Below are positions 41,521 through 55,543 of a stretch of 64,000 bases of DNA, in pieces. The DNA is taken from assembly GCA_951406725.2 (NCBI GenBank), contig OX597819.1:22940001-23004000 (forward strand), given 5' to 3'. The notes below the pieces were generated by a model. That model was not told the DNA's origin. It saw only the letters and a list, made by a program, of their open reading frames with translations, and did not search any database. The stretch is from Octopus vulgaris (Eukaryota). Position 1 is the first letter of the stretch, and each line of letters starts with the position of its first letter. Both the position numbers and the translations under genes were made by a program.

Positions 41521-41813
41521 GTGTGTGCGCGTGCGTGTGTGTGTGTGTGTGTGCATTTCGTGAAATATTTAAGATGTGTCTATCTGCTGAAACCTCATTA
41601 TATTTAAAAGGTATTCTATTATTCTTGAAAAGCTTGTTATTTTTAATGGTGTTGAAACAGCTGTGATTTAAGAGATGTGTCATTTGTTTGTATAGAATGA
41701 TGAAATTGTATTCAATTTAGCATATAATGATAAGATTATTTAATTGTTCAATCAATTGTTTTGGTTTCCATTTCGAATTTATATATACATATATACATAC
41801 ATACATACATACA

Positions 41814-41913
<100 letters not shown>

Positions 41914-42310
41914 ATATATTTATATATATATCATATTGTATCTGAGATGATACAATATACTAAAGATACTACGGTACATAATTAGCTTTTTAAAAACTTT
42001 ATTGTGTAAAAAAACAAGATTTTAAAATTTTGAAAAACAAGGATAGATACATTTATTGTACGACCTTTCCGGTTTCGCATTTGTGCCTTATTTAACACAA
42101 TCACCGGTTCGATTTCCACTCATTTACTTAATCATTTTCTCTGAAATTTTCCTTGCTTCTTGCAATCTTTTCAATAGAAGTATGTATATTGGGAAACGTT
42201 TTCAATATGCAAATGAAGTTTCTATTCCATTATGCCGGCCTTTGTCTAATGATGTTGGCTAGTGAACCAGTTTATAAGCGTTGTACCGATATAACGTACG
42301 ATGAATGGAT

Positions 42311-42686
42311 GGAAGCACTCCGTCGGTTACGACGATGAGGGTTCCGGTTGATCCGAATCAACGGAACAGCCTGCTCGTAAAATTAACGTGTAAGTGGCTG
42401 AGCACTCCACAGACACGTGTACCCTTAACGTAGTTCTCGGGGATATTCAGCGTGACACAGAGAGTGACAAGGCCGGCCCTTTGAAATACAGGTACAACAG
42501 AAACAGGAAGTAAGAGTGAGAGAAAGTTGTGGTGAAAGAGTACAGCAGGGATCACCATCATCCCTGCCGGAGCCTCGTGGAGCTTTAGGTATTTTCGCTC
42601 AATAAACACTCACAACGCCCGGTCTGGGAATCGAAACCGCGATCCTACGACCGCGAGTCCGCTGCCTTAACCACTGGGCCATTGCA
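42311..42686 (-). mobile_element. SINE family C
   Basis: Matches 8470-8848 over its length. Confidence 0.88.
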
Positions 42687-43139
42687 ATGTACGATGAATA
42701 TGATAATAACAATGTACGATGAATATAATAATAATAACAATCCTTGGAGGGAATTTGAAACCTAGTGGAACCCTTCCCTCTCTAGACAACTGATTTCTTC
42801 CGGGGGTGGGGAAGAGGGAGAAAAAGAAAGAAAGAAAACAAACAAGCAAACAAATGAGCAGACAGGCAAATACTCAGATACACTGGTTCATTATCAACCC
42901 TTCTGGACGGAAAAACTTAAATGTGTACAAAAATCCTCATTTCTCTTGTTAATGAAATATTAAAATAATTTCAATCAGATTCGCTTTAACATGTTGAAAT
43001 AATTTTAACGTGATTGCTAATTCTCTGTGTGTCAAATACTGTCTTTGTTTTCGTATGCTCTATCCAACCTATATAATATAATTATATAGGAATTATATAG
43101 TCCAGACGTTATATAGTCCATATAATTATATAGGAATTA

Positions 43140-43431
43140 TATAGTCCAGACGTTGCTCAATCTGACTACCGGTCTTCCGATCAATGCAACACTTTATGAA
43201 AGGTCAGTAATTTGAGTCATTCGATGATGTTGAAGAAGCCTGTCAAGAATTTTTCCATTCAAAGCCGACGGATTGGTACTTTGACCAAATTCGAAAGATT
43301 GCAGATCGTTAGGAGAAGGTCGTGAAAAATGATGGTCGTTATTTTGAAGAATAGTTGTTGTTTTTGAATAAATTCTTGCATTAAAAATCATTATTTTCAC
43401 ACGGCGCACGAACCTTTTCCTCAACCTAGTA
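43140..43431 (+). mobile_element. Mariner transposon 3' fragment
   Basis: YSPDVAQSDY..FRSMQHFM..FESFDDVEEACQEFFHSKPTDWY..NDGRYFEE*, then a mariner-like TIR ending caacctagTA. Confidence 0.85.
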
Positions 43432-43465
43432 TTTATTGATTTATATCGATCGATCAAGCAATAGA

Positions 43466-43940
43466 TATACATACATACATACATACATACATACATACAT
43501 ACATACATACACATGCATACATACATACATACACATACATACATACATACATACATACATACATGCATGCATACATACATACATACATACATACTTACAT
43601 ACATACATATATACATACATACATACATACATACATACATACATACATACCTATATACATACATACATACATGCACAATACATACATACATACACATACA
43701 TACATACATACATACATACATGCATACACACATACATACATACGTACATACATACATATATACATACATACATATATACATACATACATACATACATACA
43801 TACATACATACATAAATGCATACATACATACATACATACATACATACATACATACATACATACATACATACATACATACATGCATACATACATGCATGCA
43901 TACATACATACATACATACATACGTACATACATACATACA
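43466..43940. repeat. (CATA)n microsatellite
   Basis: Direct reading. Confidence 0.98.
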
Positions 43941-44003
43941 AAATAGAAAGCTCTGCAAAAAATCTAATTAATTTAGAGAATTGAATTATATTTTCACATT
44001 ATA

Positions 44004-44424
44004 GGCGCAGGAGTGGCTGTGTGGTAAGTAGCTTGCTTACCAACCACATGTTTCCGGTTTCAGTCCCACTGGGTGGATCTTAGGGAAGTGTCTTCTGCTA
44101 TATCTCCGGGCCGACCAATGCCTTGTGAGTGGATTTGGTAGACGGAAAATGAATGAAGCCTGTCGTATATATGTATATATATATATAAGTGTGTGTGTGT
44201 AATTGTTTGTGTGTCTGTGTTTGTCCACCTAGCATTGCTTGACAACCGATGCTGGTGTGTTTACGTCCCCGTCACTTAGCGGTTCGGCAAAAGAGAACCG
44301 ATAGAATAAGTACTGGGCTTACAAGGAATAAGTCCCGGGGTCGATTTGCTCGACTAAAGGCGGTGCTCCAGCATGGCCGCAGTCAAATGACTGAAACAAG
44401 TAAAAGAGTAAAGAGTAAAGAGTA
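44004..44424 (+). mobile_element. SINE family A, full length
   Basis: Close match to 4357-4745 and 29004-29440. Confidence 0.9.
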
Positions 44425-45172
44425 TTATAAAACATTTTGTGGCACAAAATGATTTACTGCTGACGTTGAATCATTCTTGCTCATCAGATTTCATGTGTCG
44501 AGTCACGAACAGCAAATAAATTATACACGCTTTGAAATATATATTAACGTAAGAAATTTAGAAATGTTAGCATAACTATATGTAAACATATACGCAGAAA
44601 AATAACAACTAGAATGTTAAAGTACCTTATAGTTCTTAAAGTACCTTATATTTCTTACTAGTTTTAGGTATTCTACGGTTAAGCTAATTACTCCCTTGAA
44701 TAAATTCACGCCTCATTTTTATGATTTTTTATATCAACTACTTACTTTATCGTTATCTTTGACTTAGTGGGACGTACACGAACCTACATCGGTGTTCCTG
44801 CAGGGTTGTGACTACCAAATTCCATTCACATCAAAGAAGAAACATTAGAAACGCACAATGGGATCAAATTCAAATGTTCACGACGAGGAACTAACAGTCT
44901 TATTTACAGTTGTAAATCCATTTAGTAGTTATAATATTAAAACTCTTTTGTGCGTTGTATTCTGAGGACAGAGGTATGATATGGGATCAATATTTACCCG
45001 TAAACTCACAATGAATGATCAGCTGTTTGCAATGATCAACTTTCACACGCTTCTAAACTGAATTACTTACAAATCAAACAGTGGAAACCGCCAGTATGAA
45101 TACAACCAAGCGTACAGAAACAATATACATACATACATATATACATACATACATACATATACATATATATGC

Positions 45173-45303
<131 letters not shown>

Positions 45304-46021
45304 CATATATACATACACACATACACACACACATATATATATATATATATACTCACACAAGGACATATGTACACAATGGCAGCCACACACGCGTATGAAT
45401 ATATTTATCTGTCTTAATTTGTGTCTCTATACATAATATGTGCTTCCATATATGCGTTGGTGTGGAAGACGAAAAGCAGATTACGCCGGGTTTTTTTGGC
45501 ATACAGCATAAGCTATGAATGGTTACTTTGAGTGAGTGAAAGATAGTTAGAAATCGTCTTTTTGTGGTTATATTTTCTTCTGTGTTGTGGTGACAACATA
45601 ATCACCTTTTACAAGGAATAACGTTAGCTCTGGAGAAGTATATTTCGGGCGGTGTCATCATAATATAAGCATCGATGTGAGAAGCTTACATTTTCTATGT
45701 GAAAGAATAAAGCTGTTATTTAGTTTGCATATCAATAGAGGTCAGAGGAATGAGAAACATATGGAAATATTACACCGAAGTCCATAATGTGGAGATATGA
45801 ACGGCATCGGCTTTTATTTCCTACTGTGTTGAAAGTGTTTTACCTTTTTTTAAGGTATTTCATATTGTTGCAGTCATAAATAGGCATGATGCACCCAACC
45901 GTGCCTCACCGGCATGAAGATGCATGATAACCTTCGTTTCCATGCATTAAATGAAATTTTTCATTCATATAAGGACGCACGCATACACATACATACATGC
46001 ATACATACATACATATATACT

Positions 46022-46087
<66 letters not shown>

Positions 46088-46089
<2 letters not shown>

Positions 46090-46407
46090 GGAGTAAACAC
46101 ATAAATGTGAAACAAGGTGGAAAAAAAGAGTACTCAAATACCAGTGGTAGAGTTATATGTGTTTTATTTAAAGGAGCAGAAATATAAAATATCTGTTTCA
46201 ACACGACCACATAAAAAATCTGCACAACAAAATTCAACGGAGTAAACACATAAATGTGAAACAAGGTGAAAAAGAGTACTCAAATCATGGTAGAGTTTTG
46301 CCGTTGCCGTTCATCGGACAGTTTTTGCTAGAAAAAACTGTCCGATGAACGGCAACGGGAAACTCAGAGTGACAGGTTTTGTTGAATTTTCTGCTGCTTT
46401 AAATAAA

Positions 46408-46441
<34 letters not shown>

Positions 46442-46668
46442 TTTATTAATGAAGCTGCAAGGACATCACAAAAACCGTTGCTCAAAGTTTCACGTTCCCG
46501 TTCGTCGATAGATCGCCAAACTAAAGCTGTCCGACAAACAGAAACATGAAACTCTGAGCAACGGTGTTTGTGATGTCCTTGCAGCTTCATTAATAAAGCA
46601 TATTACTCTACCTCCGATATTGAAGTACTATTGAAGTATTTTTTCACCTTATTTCACATTTAAGTGCT
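46088..46668. repeat. Cluster of direct and inverted copies of one short element family
   Basis: Direct repeat starting at about 46088 and 46238; perfect 26-bp hairpin 46301-46358; about 70-bp inverted repeat 46441-46598. Confidence 0.85.
46338..46375 (+). ncRNA. Minimal hammerhead-like motif with CCGAUGA variant core
   Basis: ctgt CCGATGA a CGgcaaCG g GAAA CTCaGAG TG acag; three related copies in both orientations within 46301-46565. Confidence 0.5.
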
Positions 46669-47005
46669 TCTACGACCCCCTTCGGTCACGACACAGACCA
46701 TGGGATTGCACCAAGAAAGTTACCCTCCCAGGCACAAGTCCGGGCAAGGTTGTTTATGGAAGACCAGCAGTCGCCCATCCATACCGGCCTCCTCTCTCCA
46801 CGCCAACCGTGTTATCCAAGGGAAAAGCAAAGGCCAATACAGCTTGGCACCTGTGACCTCGCAACTCATTTCTACAGCTGAGTGAAATGGAGCAACGAGA
46901 AATAAAGTGTCTTGCTCAAAAACTCCACATGCAGCCCGGTCCGGGATTCGAACTCACAACCTCACAATCGTAAGCTCGACGCTCTAACCACTGAGCCATG
47001 TGCCG
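46667..47005 (-). mobile_element. tRNA-derived SINE family D
   Basis: A box tggctcagtgg, B box gttcgaatccc, then ttgagcaagacacttt..gctcc..cactcagctgta; decayed relatives at about 48490-48700 and 48760-48920 (+). Confidence 0.8.
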
Positions 47006-47048
47006 TCACTTTAAGTGCTTTAAGTGAGTACTCTGGTATATATGGATA

Positions 47049-47085
<37 letters not shown>

Positions 47086-47359
47086 ATTGATAGATAAATG
47101 CATGGATGGGTTGGCAGGATAGATGGATGGATTGTATAAATATGGATGCGTGTGCATTTATAGATATGTTTCTTTATTAGCCACACAGGGCTGCACACAG
47201 ATAGAACAAATTACAAGGTAGAGCTTTTCTTTTGGGGGTAAAAAAAAAAAACGAGTGGTGGTGGTTTTCGATCAAAAGGGATCGTAAAAGGAAAGAAAGA
47301 GGACAAAAAAGGGGGGGTTTATAGATAGATAGATAGTTTTGCTTATAAGCTCACTTTTC

Positions 47360-47712
47360 CAACAGATTAGTTCTGTCGACACCAAAAGGATGAAAGGCAA
47401 AGCGGCCTCTGGTGTAATTTGAACCGAGGACATACAGATCAGGAAGACATGCCGCTATGTGTTTTGTCCCACTCGCAAATGATTCTACTTTTAAATACTT
47501 CTTTCTATTATAGGCACAAGGCCTGAAATTTTGGGGGAAGGGAATAGACGATTTCATCGACCCCAGTACTTAACTGGTACTTATTTAATCAACCCCGAAA
47601 GGATAAAAAGGCAAATTCGACCTCGGCGGAATTTGAACTCAGAACGTAACGGCAGACGAAATACCGCTAATCATTCCGTCGGACGTGCTAACGTTTCTGC
47701 CAGCTCGCCGCC
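47360..47712 (-). mobile_element. SINE family B, two adjacent copies
   Basis: Full copy 47505-47712 plus an older copy 47360-47490. Confidence 0.8.
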
Positions 47713-47845
47713 GATAACAAGACACAACATATTCATTCACCACCTACTCAGAAACCTTAATATCCACCAAGATATTCGAGGCTGTGTGCCCCAAAACTTT
47801 GCATAATTTTCGTGTATGCAAATTAGCAATTGTTTTATGCTGCTG

Positions 47846-48011
47846 TCTTCTTCTTCTTCTTCTTCTTCTTCTTCTTCTTCTTCTTCTTCTTCTTCTTCTT
47901 CTTCTTCTTCTCCCCCTCCTCCTCCTTTCTCTTCTTCTTCTTCTCCCCTCCTCCTCCTTTCTCTTCTTCTTCTTCTCCCCCTCCTCCTCCTCCTCCTTCT
48001 TCTTCTTCTTC
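47846..48011. repeat. (TTC)n/(TCC)n microsatellite
   Basis: Direct reading. Confidence 0.97.
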
Positions 48012-48057
48012 CAATCAGGACTCACGACGTTAGCCACAAAGAATAATTTCTAATTCG

Positions 48058-48193
48058 AGCCTACCCTAAGCTACTAAGAATGCGTGTGGCAACTTGGAGA
48101 TCCACCCACCACATGTGATAGACTGGCGGTTGTACGGGCGCGAAAGCTACGTTGTTATCCTCATTCCGTAAACGGTGGCTTTTAACGGGTGGA
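48058..48193 (+). ncRNA. Degenerate HDV-like ribozyme fold
   Basis: Elements in HDV order: P1 agcctac/atagact (2 mismatches), P2 tccacc/ggtgga, P3 cac/gtg, GG, long P4 (gtt..tacgg/ccgtaaac), taac linker; L3 is short. Confidence 0.45.
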
Positions 48194-48299
48194 GAGCTGA
48201 ACCATCCTGGGATACAGAGGATTCGCAATCTAGACTAGGGTCTGAAAGTTTACCACACCATAGTGGGTTACACAATGGTTCCTCTGTTTTGTTGCAGAT

Positions 48300-48476
48300 G
48301 TAGGAAGAAACAGTGAGAGAAAGTAGTGGTGAAAGAGTACAGTGGGGTTCCCCCCACCCTCGTGGAGCTTAGGTGTTTTTGCTCAGTAAACACTCACAAT
48401 TCCCGGTCTGGGAATCGAAACCGCGTTCTTACGTCCGCGAGTCCGCTGCCCTAACCACTGGGCCATTGTGCCTCCA
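48300..48476 (-). mobile_element. SINE family C head and body
   Basis: Same tRNA-like head; the tail of the 8470/42311 copies is absent. Confidence 0.8.
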
Positions 48477-49159
48477 CCTTATGCTGCTGTATAGTACATG
48501 TTGAGTAGAAGTTATAATGCTGCAGCCATAATCGCAAGATTATAGTTTCGATTCCCGGTCCAGGAGCGGTGTGTTGTATTCTTTAGCATAAGACTCATTT
48601 CACATTTCTCCAGACGCTCACTTATAAATAATTAACACTGCGATTAATTGCTTCCCTGGTGACGAAGAATGTTGGTGATCCCTGTCACTTACACATTATG
48701 GTAACTGAGCAACTGGCCCTATATGTCCTACGACTCGATACATTAATATGCAAGTGAAGTCTCGTAGTCCAGTGGTTAGGATGGTCACTTACGCATGATC
48801 GTAGTTTTGATTCTCCGACGGAACGGGGAAACAGTGAACAAGGTAAGTGCGTTGTGTTCTTGATCAAAACACTTCATTTCAGCTATAACTGTGTAATCCT
48901 GCGACGGAATGACGTCTCGTTCAGTGGGGAATGATTTGGGTCCGTCATCACATATTCGCTATGGAAGCTGATTAACTGACCCTTAACTGACCCTATGGGC
49001 CTTAAAACTCGGGACAGTGCATTTTCTTTTATCCCTTTGCCTCATCTTTACTACTATTTTGACAACAGTTTGGTGTCGGACACTAAATATTTTCCCCACA
49101 TACGCATCTTCCCGTAGGTACTGTCCGAAGTACAAAACACTACCCTACTCACGAACATA

Positions 49160-49230
49160 GCCAGATTACTGCCAAAAGGTTTGGCCTCCACGCGGTCTGA
49201 CGAGCTACTAAGAGTAGTAGCCAAATCTCT
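49160..49230 (+). ncRNA. Compact HDV-like ribozyme candidate
   Basis: GCC-TCCACGC-GGT (P3/L3-like), gccag/ctgac P1-like pairing, gctacta/tagtagc hairpin, CAA, aggt/atct P2-like pairing. Confidence 0.4.
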
Positions 49231-50394
49231 CAAATTATATTACTTGCATATAAAAATAAAAGAACGAACGAAAACATACATCAAGTGTTATCATATCTCT
49301 GGATGTATTATGTCCAGAATGAAAATGAAGTGATCAGAGTTTGACCACATTTATGAATGTTCTGCTCAATCAGAACTGACCTGCGGTTAAACAACAACAT
49401 CTACTACTACAACTACAACTACTATTGATGCTGCTACAGCTGCTGCTGCTGTTACTACTAATGCTACTTGACAGTAATAAAAATAAAAGATAAAGATCAC
49501 AAATGTTTAAGTGTCTAAACTTATCTGATGTATAGATCAAGAGTGGGAACAGGATAAATGTAAATTGAAGGATTTTGTAGTCTCTATATTCAAAAGTAAA
49601 TGAGCGTTGAATATTTGCAAGAATTTAGTGGTTTCCAATGGCAACAAGATTCCAGGAAGCATGCCAATATTTCTCCAATTTTGCATTTCATATTAGATAA
49701 GGCCTGATCGTTAAAATTAAAAACTCAATTATTAACGAAGGAATTAACGAAGGACATCGTTAAACAAAAGGGATTGCTGCTGTGCGGTATAGAATCGCAC
49801 CTGAAACCATTATTCTTCCGGTTGTAATTTGTATTCATCGTGAAATTAAACTTGTCTTTAAATTGATAACAAGATACAGGATTATGTACAATATGAGAGA
49901 AGTGTCGTTGTCGGGATGAAGCGTGTAAGACATAGCTGTATTAGTGGACTCTTGAGAAGATTAAACCACGTTGGATTAACATCAGCGGAGTTAACCTCAA
50001 AGCAACTTAACAGATTTTCTTCCATGCTCTTCACTCGCCAGTATCGAAATATTACTTCTTTCTACATAATGCGTGCATACTGAACTGATGCCAAGAGATT
50101 CTGCGCTCAGTGTCTTGTTATTTATTGCCTTTTAATGTGGTAAAACAGAATTGAATTTATGTATACTGTTATATAGAAGTGTAAGACAAAACTTGATATA
50201 TGGTTCTATAGGGTTCAGATAAGAACAGAAATATATTAAATAAATTCTAGAAGAAAAGTAAATATAGTGTTTGATACATATAAAAATGGTCTTACGTTGT
50301 TCATCATTTATTTAAAGAAGAATATATATATAAACTGACGAATAAATAAGACGGCATAAATGTCTGTATAGATACCAACACACACATACACGCG

Positions 50395-50434
<40 letters not shown>

Positions 50435-50595
50435 TATGGATGTATGTATATATACATATATATATGTATGTATATATATATATATATACATATAGATATA
50501 TACATACACATACATGCATATATGTGCGTGTTTGTATCTATATAAGCATATATGCCGTTTTATTAATTTAATTTATATATATAAATATATATATG

Positions 50596-50635
<40 letters not shown>

Positions 50636-50747
50636 TGTGTGTGTGTGTGTGCGTGTGTGTATGTATGTATGTATAAAATGTAGGAGGGGAGGAAGAGGAG
50701 GGAGAGAAAACGGAGGATGAGGATGAGGAGAGATGAAGAATAGCAAC

Positions 50748-50779
<32 letters not shown>

Positions 50780-51056
50780 TTAGGTATCTTTTCTATTCTG
50801 TAGTTTAAATACTAAATTCAAATTTTGTAGAATGCAGTGCTGTGAGCTATTTACACTCAAAAAATGTAATCCGAAATGAAAGTTATATTTAGTCTGAAAG
50901 TTTCACTGAACGCCTTGGTTTTGCCTTATGGACATTATGTAAACGAATATATTCAAAGAGCGTTTTTTTTATGGCCTGATAAATAGCAAATCTAATGTTC
51001 GCAATGTTAGAGTACATTTAGGTGTATAACTCTATCAGAAACGTAATTGTGCAATG

Positions 51057-51128
<72 letters not shown>

Positions 51129-51311
51129 ATGTATTGCTCATTTTGGCTTCAATTGTTAGTATCTTTCTTAAATATACTCATCTCGCTAGTGAAAAGAAGT
51201 CCCACGACTCCCTTCAAGTGGCAGGCTGTGCCTCTCATTCCAAGCAACAGCATAGACAGATCAACTAAGTTAGGTCGAGGGCAACATTACTCTCTCTTTA
51301 CTCTTTTCTTC

Positions 51312-51686
51312 TTTCTTTTGTTTTAGTCATTTGACTGCGGCCATGCTGGAGCACCGCCTTTAGTCGAGCAAATCGACCCCGGGACTTATTCTTTGTAAGC
51401 CCAGTACTTATTCTATCGGTCTCTTTTGCCGAACCGCTTAGTGACGGGGACGTAAACACACCAGCATCGGTTGTCAAGCAATGCTAGGGGGACAAACACA
51501 GACACACAAACACACATACGCATATATATATATACATATATACGACTTTCGTTCCGTCTACCAAATCCACTCACAGGCATTGGTCGGCCCGGCTATAGCA
51601 GAAGACATATACATGCCACGCAGTGGATGAACCCAGAACCATGTGGCTGGTTAGCAAGCTACTTACCACACAGCCACTCCTGCGCC
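51312..51686 (-). mobile_element. SINE family A, full length with small deletions
   Basis: Reverse complement of family A. Confidence 0.9.
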
Positions 51687-54600
51687 TATTACTCGCTTCT
51701 GTGTGTTCCATTTCAAACGTCTTGTGTAACCTGATCTGGGCAGGGCAATACCTTGTCTTTTATTGACTGTATCTTTTAGAGGAGCCCCGTAACTGCTCTT
51801 GTAAAATGCGCTTTCACCGGTTTCTTTTCATGAAATGATCCACTGTGTAGGTTAACTTGTATAGATGTGTATATGGATAAGAAAGCCTTCAAAACAGCGC
51901 CGTATAAAAATAAAAGTGTGTGTGTGTGTGTGTGTGTATGTGTGTGTGTGTGCGCGTGTGTGTGTGTGTGTCTGTGTATGTGTGTGTAATTTCAGTGCAA
52001 GAAATATTGTGGTGGTTGCCATGTAGTAACGCCAACAATTCAAGCAGAGGAATAAATTCTTGTTCTGCAGCAAAGAAAATGTCTAACAAATCCGGTCGAA
52101 CACTTGGCCCTAGAGATATGAACTGTTTACTTCCGTTACTCGATAAAATTTTGGGTGTTGTAAGAAAGAAGAAAATTCAATATAAATGCGAGAAGTAATG
52201 GAGGAGAGACAGGTAATTGTAAGAAGATGATTCTTATGTCGTGAAGAGAATTAATGTTTGGAATTGATTCTTTGTTTTGGCGCCAGTCCAACTAAATCTC
52301 CATTCTTTTTCTTTGTAATGTTATCATAAAAACTTTGAGTTGTTAAAGTACATCTTTTATATAGATGACATATTAATAATATTCGATATCTAAATTTTGT
52401 ATAAGATACAAATTTGTTTGTTTGATTTGTACATGAAGCATTAAGTATGTTCTGACTCCATAGTGGTTAGGTTTAGTTGATTCTAATATGTCTACACCCA
52501 GTAGCATGAGATATAAGAATTTTACTTCATTAATATTGAGTCCATTAGTCTGATACCATTAATTTGATACTTAATGTGAATCTATGTATAGCGGACGAAA
52601 TAAGATTATTAGGAAAAGGATAATAGCATGTTCAGATGACATATGCTCTTTATTTAAATTACACCTAGCTCCCAGTACTTATGCTTCGTTTTAACTTAGT
52701 TTTTATGATATAAAATAAGATTAAGTTCTATTATAACTTCATTCTATTACTGAAATAAATTTCGACAAACGACTAGCACATTTCACTGATACCGTGTCCC
52801 ACTCACAGCCACATACTGTTATATACTTATGAACAATTGCTACTCAATGAGGGCGAGAGCAGTATTCTATTTTCGTTTCTCTTTAGCATGAATAATTCAG
52901 CTAAACACGGCGATTGTGAATATATCAGAAAGCTATCGGCTGAATTCATCGAAAAGTTATCAATAGGTGCGTGACATCCTACAGGTGTCAAGTGTGGAGC
53001 TAAGAAGAAGTAGATAAGACAGATTATGAACCAGTCAGTCATGTTGGCCATGTTACAATTACTATATGTGATAGAGAATGTATGTTAAGCAGATGATTTG
53101 TGGACACCTGTCAGCATAAAATACTTTGGTATTTCGCGCAGATCAATCATTTCAAATCTTCTTACTGCTAAAAGGCCACTTTTAACAACAAAGTTCTGTA
53201 AACATTTTAATTAAGTTATCTGATTACCTCTAGACATTCTGTCATTATTTTGATAAAGAATCTTTCCTCAGCAAGGAAGATTGAAGTAGAGATGACTGTA
53301 TGAATGTGCTATTTTCTCCCTCTAGTTTTCTTCTTTTTTTTTTTGGCTTTTAATATCTTACATTTTTGTCGATTTAAATTTATCTCACACGAGAGTTTAG
53401 TCGGTAAGGTGTACCAACACAACTGCGTTCTCGTTTTGTAGCAGGTTTATTCAAAGATTAAGAGATAATAACTTACATTATCGAATGTAACCGAAAACAA
53501 TGAGTAAATGCCAAAACAAAAGAATAGTTAAGTTGGTAGGATAGAGGACATACACCACACATATATATGCGCAAATGCTTAACACACATACACACGCAAC
53601 AAGCAACATGTACACATACACTACAAATATACACTCACACACATATATGAATATTATGTATTATGTATGTATGTATGCATGTGTATGTATATTAATGCTA
53701 TAGAAGTTTCACATCCAGAATCCTGGGTACAGGTTAGACGATAAAACATAACCGCAAACGAGCTGTTATCAGAAAGTTTCCGTCATGTTATCTATTAGGT
53801 GTTGATTGTGTAGATGATGTGTTGCATTATACTGCTTAGTATTGATTAATTACAATATGTGTTGGGCAAATTCTGTTGTTTTAACGGCTGATTATTTCAT
53901 AGAGTTTGTGTGTAGATCTATTATTTAAATAATGCTATTGAATTGAAAGTTTCTTGCGTAAGACGTAGGAAGTAGATTGTACCTAACAAGGCTATCTTTT
54001 GAACTGTGTATAATGTCGTCAACCCCGGAGTGTTTTCCATATTTTTCTTCATAATCTTTTTTTAATTACACTTAGTGCTCCAATTATCATATGATAGCTT
54101 TTTATTAATTTTAAATGTTAAGCCCTACTTCTTGCTTATTTCAGACGCAAGGCGTTTATAACCGAATACTTTCTATACCTCGACACGGACAGTATTTTTG
54201 GTCAGAAGAAACCCTGTTGCCTATAAGCGTACAAGCATTTTTTTTTTATTCTTTCATTATTTTGCCAGGATCTTTCCCCTAAATTTACTTGTCTATTTGG
54301 ACTGTGTGACCAGATAATTGTGACTGCGTTGTTGCTATGAATCGGGCTTGGTACGTGTCTTTACCATTTCTCTGTCTTTACGCTGGAGTGCGAAGGTAAT
54401 AGCAGTATCATATTTCTGACTAAACCAGAAATAAAATGGGAAACCACTTCATTGTAGAATGAGCATACAAATGCTCTTTGCACACGTTCTGAAGCTGGCG
54501 AGAATGATGCAACTGATGTTCTTCTTGACTATTTGTAAGCCAGTACCGTGTGAGAAATATATATGAGAACTCAAGAAATATCTGAACAATATTTTAGCTT

Positions 54601-55500
54601 GAAAATTAAGTTTGAATGGAAGAACTCTCATTATAATATCTAATTATATTTTACATTATAAACGATTATTGCATTTTTCCAAATTACTGTATTAGTCACC
54701 TCTGTGTGCTCCATTTCTAACGTCTCGAGTGCCAAAATCTGGATCGAGTAATTCCTAGTTTTTATTCGGATTGTATCGTTTAACGAAGTCCGTTGTTGTT
54801 CCCTTAAAATTTGCTACCATCGCATTCATTTCATGACTTTCTACTTTACAAAATAGCAATAATGATTAGATTTTGTTCTGAATCATTGAGATATTCTTAA
54901 TTAGGCATCGGAATATCATTATTCTATACTGGGTTGTTTTTTTATCGTTATATGTAACACCCTATCCCTGTTATTATTTTTATTGTGGGCAATAGTATAC
55001 ACTACGGGTATTATGAGCTTAGAGGTGACAATTTTCGAACAGGTGCTGTATGTTTAGAGGGATTGGTATCTTTCTTAGCAATAAATTACTTAAACCAAAT
55101 CAAAATACAATTTTACAACATCATTTTAATATACTGTTTACAATATAAATTCATATACATTTAAAAATCTTTCGCCGAGATTACAGTCTGAATAGTACGT
55201 TGTCTTATCAGTGACCATAAACATGACTGACTTCCAGTACAGTATTTTCCATAAATAGAGTGTACAAAAGGCCACCAGCTCGTGCAAACATCTAAAATAT
55301 GTCGCACACTGGTTCGAACAGAATAAGAACATAATAATTAACCAAACCTCAAAATTGATTTCTGTTTGGTTAAATTAATGCGCTGTTTTGGGCGGGTCTT
55401 TTTATTGTATGTTACAATTCGTTAAAATCTTAGCGGAAATGTTTTTTATGTAGTGTTTAGAAGTTTTTTACTTGGCTGAAAATATCTACATTTTGTTAGG

Positions 55501-55543
<43 letters not shown>

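Noticed and set aside
46088-46290. Direct repeats that might suggest a CRISPR-like array
   Set aside because: Only two copies, eukaryotic context, no cas genes; part of a mobile-element cluster.
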